Positions 1 through 10,821 of a DNA stretch of 64,000 nt are shown piece by piece. Source of the stretch: Plasmodiophora brassicae. Its lineage: Eukaryota. Within the stretch, counting starts at the first letter, position 1; each line of letters opens with the position of its first letter. Under the pieces are notes generated by a model. It worked only from the letters and a program-made list of their open reading frames with translations, searched no databases and was not told the origin of the DNA. The stretch is taken from NCBI GenBank assembly GCA_036867785.1, contig CP145411.1, positions 1,054,001 through 1,118,000 of the forward strand, written 5' to 3'. The position numbers and the translations under genes were made by a program.

Positions 1-901
1 AGCCTCGGATATATACGCGTCTTGCAGCATTGCCGACAGTTGTTTCACCCGGACAGGAGTTGGCGATGGCGTATCCTTCTCGGAATACGGTTCCAAAGCA
101 GGTCGTTGCAGAAGCGAGAGTCTCTCGGCGCGAGGGGTCCCCCAAACCACGCCGGTGTCGTCAGTGTCCTCCAGTTGCGCCTGCAGAAGGCTTGCACGCG
201 GAGTCCTGACTGGACTGAGGATCATGGAATCGTCACGTTCAGGACTGGAAGGACACATCAGGTCCGATATTGTGCCGCCGCATTCCAAGTAAAGCAGACG
301 GAGCGACTCATTGATGACACTGATCGGCTCAGCTTTACAGGATATACCCTGTAGATGCTATTAGTGAAACATTTACACAGCGACGACAAGCGGGTTACCT
401 GCTGCAGGTACTGAACGGCACGCTCCATGGATGATTGCGCCTTAGCTAAAGCCGCAAGGCGTGCCCAGAAATGGGCACGTTGACGAACCGTTGGCTCGTC
501 ACGTGCCTCTTTGAGAATGCGTTCATCCTCTGCAGGGTTCTCGGAAGGTTTCCCATCGGCAATCATATCATTGACCGTCGCCAGGAGGTTGGTTTTCTTC
601 GACGCATTTGCTCGGAGCCGATCTTGCAGGACCTGGAGCCGATCTACGGCGGCTTCGACCTGCACGAAGAAGCGAAGTTGCACTGAAAACGCCCGTAAAG
701 CTGACACAACGGTTGTACCTTGAGGCGTTGCGGTGACGAGAACACGCGTCGGGATCGCGCTCCGAATTCTGCAGGCGTATCGCGTCGCCCGGCCTTGAAC
801 GACGGCACGGGCGGCACCTTGTTCTCCTTGGTCGGCCCTTGCGACGGCGGCACCGGCGGCACCCTATTCTCCTTGTTCGGCACCGACGACGGCGCTTGCA
901 T
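1..901 (-). CDS. KEN-box protein with CKAP2-C/BUB1-TPR-like helical domain (3' end runs off window)
   Basis: ATG at 901 (MQAPSSVPNKENRVPP). Two KEN boxes lie in a short tandem repeat. The spliced product contains HFWARLAALAKAQSSMERAVQYLQQ|GISCKAEPISVINESL, resembling the W-x2-LA...GI-x3-AEP motif of CKAP2-C and Mad3/Bub1 TPR, followed by an SP/TP-rich tail. Confidence 0.5.
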
Positions 902-1644
902 CCCTCCGCTCCTAATCTACAGTGCGCTCCACCGGACTCGTGGCAAACCCTTTCGACCTGTCGCCTGCCGCGGTGTGTCCAACTCGAAGTAGGCGCGCAA
1001 CGCCAACAAAAACGAACCACGCAAATGGCAGCGAACTTTTGACTTGGGAAACCAGTGGTAACTGGTAACGACCCCGGCGTATCTGCTCGGTTCGCGGAGC
1101 CCCGGATTTACAAGTACCCGAGATTCGAACTGCACGTTCGAGGTGCTCCCAGAATGATTCTGCAGGACGGAGCACCAGGGAAATGTCTATTTCGTATCCT
1201 TGCGCCCGCGAATGCTGGCTCTCGTGACGAAGTGCGCTGAAAGCAAGCGGTGGGGCATGCGGCCCTGTCCTTAATGCCTGGGCACTTGGTCTTGCCGCAA
1301 ACCATGTATGCTTCGACGACAATGACGAAATTCGCACAGGTGGGTTCACATCGGCGTCTCTTGTTGCTACTCTCACGCTGCGCTGCCGGGCGACGTGGCA
1401 TGACCTCCACGATGGCCTCCAGAAGCAGTCGTCGCGAGCATCCCAGTTACAGTCGCCATATCGCAGGTACCGCGCGGTCGATGTGCGCGCACACCCGCTC
1501 ATTCGCAAGCGAAGAAATTCGAAATATCACATTCCACAAGTGCTCCGTTAGACGGATGCTTCCCATACCTCTACAGCACCACTGGGAGTACGTCGAACGT
1601 GCAGGACATGCACAGTGCGTCGACAATGACGAACTCCTACACAT

Positions 1645-1665
1645 GGGGGGGGGGGGGGGGGGGGG
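1645..1665 (+). repeat. G21 homopolymer
   Basis: 21 consecutive G about 180 bp upstream of the UNC-45 ATG. Confidence 0.9.
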
Positions 1666-1841
1666 TTCACAGGGACGTCTCTTGAACATACCCTCGTCCC
1701 GGACGGGGTCATGTGGAATCTATTTTTGGGTGGGAACGGCGCCGCCGCCTAAATTCGTCACTGTCGACGTCAGTACAATACGATTGAGCATCGCCTTGGT
1801 GCCGGGCATTTCGTCCAGCGTTCGTGATCAAGGTACCGTCC

Positions 1842-4210
1842 ATGGCGGGCGTGTCAACGCCGGCCGATCTGAAGGCGTCCGGGAACGCATTGTTCGCGCG
1901 AGGCGAGTACGACGCGGCGGTGTCGGCGTACACGTCGGCGCTGGCGTGTGCGGGCGTGCCCGCCGATCTGGCGCTGCAGTGCCGAGCGAACCGGGCGCAG
2001 GCCCTGCTGAAGCTCGACGAGTTCGGCCGCGCCCTGGCCGACGCCGAGGACGTCCTGCGTCGGGATCGCACCCACCTGAAATGCATGTACCGGCGGGGCC
2101 TGGCTCTGGAAGGGCTCGGGCGGTTCGGCGAGGCCCACGACCAGTACCAGGCCGTCCTGCGGCTATCACCTGGCAACAACGATGCACGATCCGCACTCGT
2201 TCGACTGGCCGACCCCATATCGAGTTCACCCATCGACCTACAGCGAATCGCGACCGGCTACGACCCGTCCTGGACCATCATCACCGACGAGCTCGTGGAC
2301 CGGTGCCTCGCCCGGGCGGCGTCCAGCGAGTCCTCCCCGCTGAAAGACGCCTCCCTACGACTGATGTTAACCGTCCGACCTCGGATCCATAACGAGCAAC
2401 GAATGTCGTGGCTTCTGGCGAATCTGCCGCAGATGGTGCCGTTGGCTACCGACGTGCTGGCGAATGGCGAACCCGCCGACAAGGACCTCGCCTTGATGCG
2501 GCGTAATATTATCAAGGCGATCGTCGATGCGGTCGCTTCACCTGAACTGCTGCGGGCGTTGGCATCGTTGCCGGCGTCGGTGCATGGCACGTTGCGATCT
2601 GCTCTGCTGCGACCGCTGCTTCTCGATTACGACGACAACAACAAGGACGTCGTGCATCTGCTGGCGATGCTATCGCGGTCCGACCCGGATGATTTCAGCA
2701 GGCGGGCCCTGGAGATTGCGGACGGGCAACCCAGGGCCTTGGCCAAGTTGCTGGTTGTGGCGCCCGCTGCCACCCAAACGTTTCTGGCGGACGCGACCCG
2801 TCTGTCCGCGCTGGTCGACCTCGCTGAAGGATGCGACCTCGTTGCCGTTCGCTGCCTGGCGCTCGCTGCCAGCCATCCGCCGATTCGTCAAGCGCTGGCC
2901 GACCAGACCCATCTGTTCGACATCGACGACCCAACCGGGTACGCGTGCCTGGCACTGGCGAAGCTCACCCAGAACAGGGGGACGGCTACACGAAAGGCGT
3001 GTATGCTGCTACGAGGCGAGTGCACCGAAGAACAGTGCCGTGTGGCGATCGAGGCGCTGCTCTACATGTCGGTGTACCGCGAGACGAAGTTGGCCATCTG
3101 CCAAGATCGCGCCTGCTTGGAGAACCTGCTGAGGGCCAGCGCCGACCGGTACGCCTTGGCACAGATCATTCTGTCCCTGGCCACATCCGCCGACGATCTG
3201 CGGTTTGAGAAGGACATGGAGAGCGAGCAGGTACCGTCGCCCGTCCGTCCTCGTCGTTCGCCAACACGTCTCACCGACCGACCGTGCAGGAGCGCCTGCG
3301 AGAGGTGGCCGCGAAAAGCATGCCGGAGAGTGCCAGCAACGTCGATTACGTTGCTGCGGCTGGCAGTGCCGAGGAGATCGCATCGACACGATCGGCACTG
3401 GTTAGTGCAGGTGCCACCAAGGCCCTTGCATCGATGATCGATGCGCCGCATTCGTCGATCGCCCTTCACGCGGCCGTCGCAAAGGCTTTTCTTCGACTGG
3501 CGGCGGACGCGGGCGCTCGTGGCCGCCTCGTTGCAGACGGCGCGCTGCGAGCATTGATTGCGATCCATGATGCCGTTCGACACGCCCCGGATTCCAGCGA
3601 TGACGACAGCAAGGGCGCGGAGCGACTCTCGGCATCGGCAAGGTACGACAGCGAGTTGTGCACAGCGCGGTTGTGTATCTCGACGAACCCGACGCTCCTG
3701 CCCGATCACGTGCAGGCAGCGCTGCCTGGGCTGCTGCTGTCGCTGCTGGAGTCGTCCCGTCACGAGATGCACGAGTACGAGGCGTTGCTGGCGCTGACGA
3801 ACGTGTCCAGCGCCGACGAGGACGCCCGGGAGCGGATCATGTGTCGCAATGGGTGGTCGAAGATCTCCTCGAGCCTAAGCAGCGGCAATGAACTCGTGCA
3901 GCTAGGCGCGCTGGAAGCGCTCGCCAACTTGGTGTCCTGCGCATCAGCCAGGAAGCGGTTGGCGTCTGCGGGCGGTCGCACCGACGTTGAACTGTTCCTG
4001 CTGTTCGCCAAGGCCGCTGGCGAAGATACGCGCATGCTGTGTGCCGCCCTGGCCGCACTGGCCATGATGTCAGACGACGCCGATATCGCCAGGACCATTG
4101 TGCAACTGGGCGGCATCGACATCGTCGAACGCATCGTCAAGACGACGACCGATGCTGATGTCGTCATCCGAGCGCAAGCGATCCTGGACGGTTGTAGGCC
4201 GCTGTCGTAA
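1842..4210 (+). CDS. UNC45: UNC-45/UCS-family myosin chaperone (TPR + ARM/UCS)
   Basis: N-terminal TPRs (LKASGNALFARGEYDAA...CRANRAQALLKL...KCMYRRGLA). UCS motifs ARLCISTNP and YEALLALTNVSS. One intron at 3231-3289 joins ORFs 1824.. and 3284..4210. Confidence 0.88.
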
Positions 4211-4424
4211 ATAATATTCAAGAGTGGACATGGTCATCTGTCTCTCTCTCTGTCAGCACATGTCGCAGTCGGATCTGCGTTGGCTGATGTCCTGCACGTC
4301 CGGGTCGTGGGACGCGTACAGACGTTATCGTTAGGTGGCGGATCATATTTGGTACCCGCTCCCAGTAGAGTTCGTCTGTGAGGTCGGCTGGTTCGTCGTC
4401 GTCGCCACCTCGGTCCACGGCCGC

Positions 4425-6106
4425 ATGTCGCGACGAGCGGAAACGTTGGCGCATCGCCTGCTGAACCGTTCCACTGGACCGTCGTACGCGAAATCGTCAG
4501 GTATGCCAGCGGCGGGTCGCAGGACCTCTCGTGTCGTGGCACTGAGATTCATCCCGTTAGGAAGGCAGACCGGCCTGGAGGACACGCTCCAGAAGGAATA
4601 CATCACGAACCTGCAGCAGCAGATCTACTTCCTCGAACTTGAACTGCGCCTGCTGAAGGAAGGTCATGGGCCAAGCGGGAAATCGCCTGCGTCGGCGTCG
4701 GCGGCGACGACCGCAGGGCGAGGTGCAGCGAAGAAAACGCCTGCCGCTGGAGAGTATAACCCGCGAGCACACGAACCGTTCCGACCTGCTCGGGACGGCG
4801 ACTTTGAAGAGCACATGCGCGAGGCTCGAATCAAGTACGAGGCGCTGGAACAACAGTACGAACAGCAGCTGGAGGAGCTGCAGAAGGCAGTCGACGAGGC
4901 TGCCATTGCCAAGGACAGCGCCCTGGCTGAACTGACACGGGAGCGCGAACGCGTCGCCGATCTGGGCAAGCGCGAGCGAACGATCGTTGCTGACCACGAG
5001 GCGGAGAAGACGCGCACGCTGCGAACCGAGATTGATTTGAGGAAACGGGCGGAACGGGCTGAAGCCGCTTTGGGCCAGCGCTGCACAGAGCTGGACCAGG
5101 CCAAGGAGCGCAACCGAACCGACCGTGTCGAGGGTGCCGTTGCCGTCCAGGGGCTTCGCGACGAGCTCGCCGCGCTACGAGACGCTGAGCGTCGAGCGCA
5201 AGCGGAAGCGTCCAAGGCGACGGATCGCGCCCTGGACCTGGAGAAGAAGCTTGTCGAACTTGAGGAGCGGTTCCGGATCAAGTTCGGCGACGGCGGCAAC
5301 GCGACTGGCGACGAACGCGGCGGAGCCGCCGAGGTCGAAGAGCTTCGCATGACGATCAAGAAGCTGGAGCTGGAGCTTTCGGCAGCTGAGGCAGCCGACA
5401 CCCGTCGTCAGGCGCAATGTCAAGCGTACCTGAAGGAGATCGCCGACCTCAAGGTCGCTCTAACGACCGTCAACGAGCGTGTCGCGCGAGAGGAATCACG
5501 CGCCGCTGATACATCACGAAGCCAGGCGCGGTGGAGCGACGAGCTCGTCTCGTTGCGGCACCGCCTTCACACGATGGAATCACTGGTACGTCCCAGTCCC
5601 GCCGTATTAGGGCGCAGCTCATATGCCGGGTCCAGCGGGTCGAAGACCAACGCCTGATCGAGGCGCAGGCGAAGCAGATCACGAACCTGCGCCGGGAGCT
5701 GGCGACGGCCAGCGATGAGCGCGACGACGTCGTTAACGAGAACGCGTGCGTCAAGACGGATCTGGCGGCGCTTCGCGATGAGGTGGACAAGCTGGACGCC
5801 CGGAACTCTCAGCTACTGGCCGAGAATCGGGTCTTGACGGAGACGTGCGAGGCGCGGGATGCGACGATCGCGTCGTTGCAGGAGGCGGCGGAGACGGCGA
5901 CGAAGGAGCGGGTGGCAGCGATGAGTCGTGTGGCGCACATGCAGAAGCAGGTCGAACTGCACCAGTCGGTGGAGGTGTTCAAGCGGGCCGACCTGCAAGG
6001 CCTGGTGAACAGCAACCTGCAGATGGTGCGGAACCTAGAGAGCATTGCCAGCAAGATGCAGGTAGCGACGGTGGACGACCTCGACCCGGCCGATAACAAG
6101 AAATAG
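4425..6106 (+). CDS. Long coiled-coil protein of unknown function
   Basis: Heptad-rich E/A/R/L ORFs 4335..5657 and 5531..6106 are joined by an intron near 5586-5635. A first intron lies at 4501-4560. Conserved-looking segment LQKEYITNLQQQIYFLELE. Confidence 0.7.
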
Positions 6107-6226
6107 AACATCCCGCGCGCCACCAGCAACGCTGCCATGCTGCAATTGAGACACTTTAATGCATGCGACGATTACAATGACGTTCGGGATGATACAGATC
6201 GCGTGTACGAAAGGTGCTGGTCACGT

Positions 6227-7799
6227 TCAGTTGTTGGCGGGCGCCGCCTTCATAGTTCGCTGGAACGGGATGAAGGTCATGCCTCCCATGTAGGGCTGAA
6301 GGACTTCCGGTACATTGACGCCGTCCTCGGTCTGATAGTTCTCCAGGAGGCAGCAGATGGTCCGCTCCGTTGCCGTCAACGTCGAGTTCAGCATGTGCAC
6401 GTAGGATTTACGCGCCAACTTGTCTTCCCTCATAGCGCCGAATCGCGTCTCCATGGCCCTCGACTGGTAGTCGGTACAGTTCGAGCAGGACACCAGCTCG
6501 CGGTAGTCCTCCCGAGCTGGGAACCAGGCCTCCAGGTCATACTTCTTCGCGGCCGCATTGTTCAACGCGCCAGACACAATGGCGACAACGCGGTACGACA
6601 GTCCGAGCGACTGGTAGAACTCCTCGGCATGGCCGATCATCTCCTCCATCATGTCCCAGGAGTGGGCCGGATCCGTCAGGACGAACTGTTCCACCTTCTC
6701 GAACTGGTGCACGCGGAAAATGCCCCACGTATCCTTTCCATGCGATCCCGCCTGGCACGACACCATTCATCGGAATGTCGTTTGCAGGAGGACACCTCAG
6801 GAACGATTACCTCTCGGCGGAAACACGTTGAGACCCCGGCATACTTCAGTGGCAACTCCTTGGCCGTCAGCCACTTGTTGCGATGCAAGGCGGAGATCGG
6901 CTGCTCCGACGTGGCAATCAAGTACTTGTTGCCTTCGGTGTCGCCATCATGTTCGACAACCTTGTACAGAGCTTCGTGGAACTCTTCCAGCTGGGCGGTT
7001 TGCGCCATGACGTCCTGGTTCATGAAGAACGGCGGCTGCACAGGTGTGTCTGCATCAATGATCAGTGTCTGGAGGCGCGACGGCGGCATGATGCCATAGC
7101 AGACTGACATCCTTTCTTCATCAGGAACGCCAGGCCGTAGCTGATCAACGCCTGGTTCAGCAGGACGCCTGGTCCAGTCAGGAAGTACGCCCGATGGCCG
7201 GCAACGTCAACACCGGCCTCCCATTCGTACCCCTTGATTCGGTACAGCAGTTCGTGGTGGTGCTGCATCCAGGGCTCCCTAGCACGGCGCTGCCCATGCT
7301 CTTTCACGACCTGGTTGTCGTCCTCATTCTGGCTGATGGGAACGCTGACGCCACGCGTCAGAATCGTGGTGAGCGTCAGGAGAGCCACACGACACTACCT
7401 GTCATGAACATAGTTTCCGATCGTCTTGATGGCACGAGACAGTTCCTCTTCGAGATCTGCCGCTCTGCACCACACTGCGTTAGACCCGACACGGGACGTA
7501 AAACGTTGCGGGTCCTACTTCTTAATGGCGGCCTGCAGGGCCTCAGGAAGCAGTTTCGCCTCCTCCATCAGGTCGGACGCATCCTGCTTCTGCTTCTTGC
7601 GCTGGCCGATCTCCTTCGACAGCGCGTTCTTCTTCTTCTGCACCATCTCGACCTGGAACTGCGCCTGCCGCCATTGCTCATCGAGGGCGATCAGCCCATC
7701 AACCTGCTCGACCGGCTTGTATCGCCGCCGAAGCAGCTCCCGGACCCTGCTCGAGTCGCCGTCCTTGTAATCGCGAATATCGTTGATGTCGATCGGCAT
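6227..7799 (-). CDS. SARS1: Cytosolic seryl-tRNA synthetase
   Basis: MPIDINDIR start and coiled-coil arm. Class II motifs [44 protein letters not shown] and [12 protein letters not shown]. Several short introns. Confidence 0.97.
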
Positions 7800-8310
7800 G
7801 ATCGCTCTGCGGCGAAACAGACCAGCTGCGCGCGATCGGCGTCGTGTGGGTGAGCCGGACGCCGCTGCGGACCGCGCCGCGGACACCGAGTCACCGTCGC
7901 CCAGGTTCGTGATACGTTCGTTTTAATAAAACGCTCAACACCGCCGACTGCATATTGTACTTATCTACGTATCGTGCCTAACTTGGGGGTGTGGTAGAAA
8001 ACGCGACTCACTCTGCGGTGCATGCCGAACTCGGGCAGAGCGGCTCACGGTTCTGGTTCAGCTGTCGTGGCGGATTCGATTTTTGCGCTGGGCGGACAAT
8101 CTGGCGACTTGGGAGCGATCTTCATCGGTTCTGCCGCGGCAAAGTGACCGCGTCGGAACGTGTCACAGCGCCGGTACAGAGGGCGATCCGCACGCGAACG
8201 TGACGCATGCCGCGTGGGAGTTTGGGTATCCCGATGACGTTGGCGACGCGTTTGTGACTATGCGATACCGTGGCTCCGACCGGGCGATCCATGGGCACTC
8301 GTAAGCGGCG

Positions 8311-8679
8311 ATGCTGGTCGGCAAGGCGCTAAGTCGTCGTCCGAGCTTCAACTCGCTACAGTCGGCACTGCAACAGCCGGGCAAGGCTCGCGCCTACCCG
8401 ACCGGCAAAGTCAACGTCAAGACGGCCATCAAGTCGGGCATGAAGAAGGTCAAGAGTGGCGGCGACTTAACCGCCCTTGGACGGGCGACGGTCACTCGTC
8501 AGGTCATCCACGATACGGCGTCGCTGACGTCTGCGGTCGCATCTGGCGCTGTGGAATCATCGGTCACCGGCAGGGCGGGCCGTAGTCTGGCGGTCCCGAA
8601 GACAGTCGCGCTCATAACCGTCGCGTCGGCAGTCGTCTTCGCCCTGGGGCGCATCCTACGAGCACAGACAAAAGCGTGA
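8311..8679 (+). CDS. Small basic protein with C-terminal transmembrane helix (tail-anchored candidate)
   Basis: 122-aa ORF ending VALITVASAVVFALGRILRAQTKA, a hydrophobic helix followed by a basic tail. Confidence 0.55.
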   Translation: MLVGKALSRRPSFNSLQSALQQPGKARAYPTGKVNVKTAIKSGMKKVKSGGDLTALGRATVTRQVIHDTASLTSAVASGAVESSVTGRAGRSLAVPKTVALITVASAVVFALGRILRAQTKA

Positions 8680-8808
8680 CAATACACATCGCGGTCGCTC
8701 TCTTCAAACAAGCAACACCATGCAAGGAGTCTTAAGCGACCCGACGACGGAATCAGATTTATTTCGATTACCGTCACGCCCGGTCGCTCCAGCTGGTCGT
8801 CCCGTGCA

Positions 8809-9201
8809 TCACGGCCTTGACTCGGCTTCGTTCAACACGTACTCGATGGGATCGGCGAACGAAACCGTCTTCGTGGGTCCTTGCGTTCCTCGGCGAAGGG
8901 CACTTCGGAGATTGGCTGAGTCGTTGCGAACCTTGATCCGGGTGGGTATCACACAGTCTCTTGCAAACGACCTTATCTTTCGCCTGATCCGGACCTGGGC
9001 GGCCACATTCCACCAGGGTGTTCGCCGCAAAGTCTCTCGCTCGGCGGTCAGCATGGCGAAGCACTCGGTGGCATTGCCAGCGAACGCCGGATTGCTACGC
9101 GCTGAGATTCTACCCTGTGCACCGGTAGGCTGGACGCATAACGATGCAATCAGGGCGATCGCAGCGAACGCCGATACGGTCGCTGGGGCGGACCTGAACA
9201 T
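8809..9201 (-). CDS. Small secreted protein (effector candidate) with PP1-docking-like motifs
   Basis: MFRSAPATVSAFAAIALIASLCVQPTGA is signal-peptide-like. C-terminal LRSALRR...KTVSFADPIEYV. Intronless, about 130 aa. Confidence 0.65.
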   Translation of the reverse strand: MFRSAPATVSAFAAIALIASLCVQPTGAQGRISARSNPAFAGNATECFAMLTAERETLRRTPWWNVAAQVRIRRKIRSFARDCVIPTRIKVRNDSANLRSALRRGTQGPTKTVSFADPIEYVLNEAESRP

Positions 9202-9513
9202 GACAGGGCCGTGGGCATCCACGAGAACGCCACAGGAAGTCACGGGAATCGCCCAAGAATAACTTTTGGCGCAGCAAGGCTGCGGGGCTGCGCTCGGTCA
9301 GCCACGAACCGCCGCCGCTGAATGGTGGCGCACTTCCGATTGGAAAAGGTTCACCGTCGATTGTCTACAACCTGATCAAGATGGGCAGTATCGATGCACC
9401 CTGAGGACGTTGCACATGTACGCTTACGGCGTACATGTTACCTAGTTCCCGTGCCGCAGATTCAGAGATCGTCGCAGGTACCAGGGCGGTCGGCATACGA
9501 GGGGCTGCCGTAA

Positions 9514-10209
9514 ATGAACGATGCATCGCCGGACCTAGCGGCGCTGCTTCGACAGGGCAACGTCGATCGGGTTATACAGGCGGTTGACAATGACCTGTCC
9601 TGGTCGGGGCTCCGGCGGCAACTCGCAGGTCGCTGGGATGCGATCGCATCGTTCCTCGACATGGACCGTGGTGCCATGTCACAGTCGCTCCACGTCGACC
9701 TGCTGCGACTAGTCATCGCGCGAGTTCGTGCTGAAACGGACCTTGCCGCCGACCTGATACTTGAAAAGACATTGACGCAGGTGCCAGATGCGGTCGCAGA
9801 CGAAGGCTGTCGTGACCCTCGGCCCTCCTCTGCACGGGTCGATCGGCAACCAGTCGACCTGCCAGGATCAGCCAGACAGCAGTACTACTACAAGTTGGTC
9901 GGTCTGGTTGGCGGGAGGTTCTTCTCCCTGTACGATGGCGTCACCGAGTACAAGATGGGGGAGATGCTGCAACCGAGCAGCGGCCGGGGAGTATTCGTCT
10001 ACGCTGACCAGCGTATCGCTGGACATAATCGACCGCACCTGCCGCGATCGTCCAAGCTTAAAGGCGCCCCGCGAGTCCTGCTCCGATTAAAAGCGATTGG
10101 CGAGCCTCGACGGTCGGCCAGCAATCCCGATAAGGTCGCCTTCGACGCCGTCATCCCCGTCCAGGTTGTTCGGCGGATCGCCCCGCGACGACACCTGTCA
10201 GAATGGTGA
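9514..10209 (+). CDS. Hypothetical protein
   Basis: 231-aa single-exon ORF with a globular-looking C-terminal block (YYKLVGLVGGRFFSLYDGVTEYKMGE...GVFVY). Confidence 0.65.
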   Translation: MNDASPDLAALLRQGNVDRVIQAVDNDLSWSGLRRQLAGRWDAIASFLDMDRGAMSQSLHVDLLRLVIARVRAETDLAADLILEKTLTQVPDAVADEGCRDPRPSSARVDRQPVDLPGSARQQYYYKLVGLVGGRFFSLYDGVTEYKMGEMLQPSSGRGVFVYADQRIAGHNRPHLPRSSKLKGAPRVLLRLKAIGEPRRSASNPDKVAFDAVIPVQVVRRIAPRRHLSEW

Positions 10210-10227
10210 CCAATACAGTTCATATGT

Positions 10228-10613
10228 TTAGTCCAGCGCCTTATGCCCGCCTAACACAATGTTCACCCTGTTCCGGAGCGAGTGGAGTCGTTGCAGCAAC
10301 CCAAGAAGAACTTCGTTGCCAGACTCGACACTCTAAACACACATTCGTCAGAACACGAATCGTTCAAGGGCACCCATGCCCACACCTGTACGAGGTCGCG
10401 CCGTGCCGGATCCCCATCGACGTCCTCATCGGCGTCGTCGAGTGCGGTTAGACACTCAACGAGCGCCTTGTGCGCCGCGGCCTGTTCGTCACGATGTCGT
10501 GCCAGATCGTCAGCGTGCGCCTGCGACGACATGGCCAGGCGGATCGCGTCGACGAACGCCATCGACTGCTCCAGCACGGCATCCAGGGCCGCGCGCGCTT
10601 GCTCCACCGACAT
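10228..10613 (-). CDS. Small helical protein, possibly Mediator subunit MED30-like
   Basis: MSVEQARAALDAVLEQ...RDLVQ, one intron, then SVESGNEVLLGLLQRLHSLRNRVNIVLGGHKALD*. The MED30 resemblance is weak. Confidence 0.45.
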
Positions 10614-10821
10614 CTCGGCCGCGCCCAGTCGCGCACCTCCGAAGCTGCCGCCTGTCGCGCGTCTCTCTCTCACTGAGTCTCTCGGCACCGCTGACAGCTC
10701 GAACCATCTGACCTATGTAGATACCTTTGGTGACCGTAGGCAGATCATATGCGGTCGGGCATGTACTTCTGGTAGGAATCTCGCGGGTCGCCGTCCTTGT
10801 GAGCCATCGCGCGTTTGGCGC

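Noticed and set aside
1020-1640. Short ORFs between the CKAP2-like gene and UNC-45 as a gene or transposon
   Set aside because: Broken frames with no recognisable motif.
1645-1665. G21 run as a regulatory G-quadruplex or slippage switch
   Set aside because: Intergenic, no supporting context, and homopolymer length is unreliable in assemblies.
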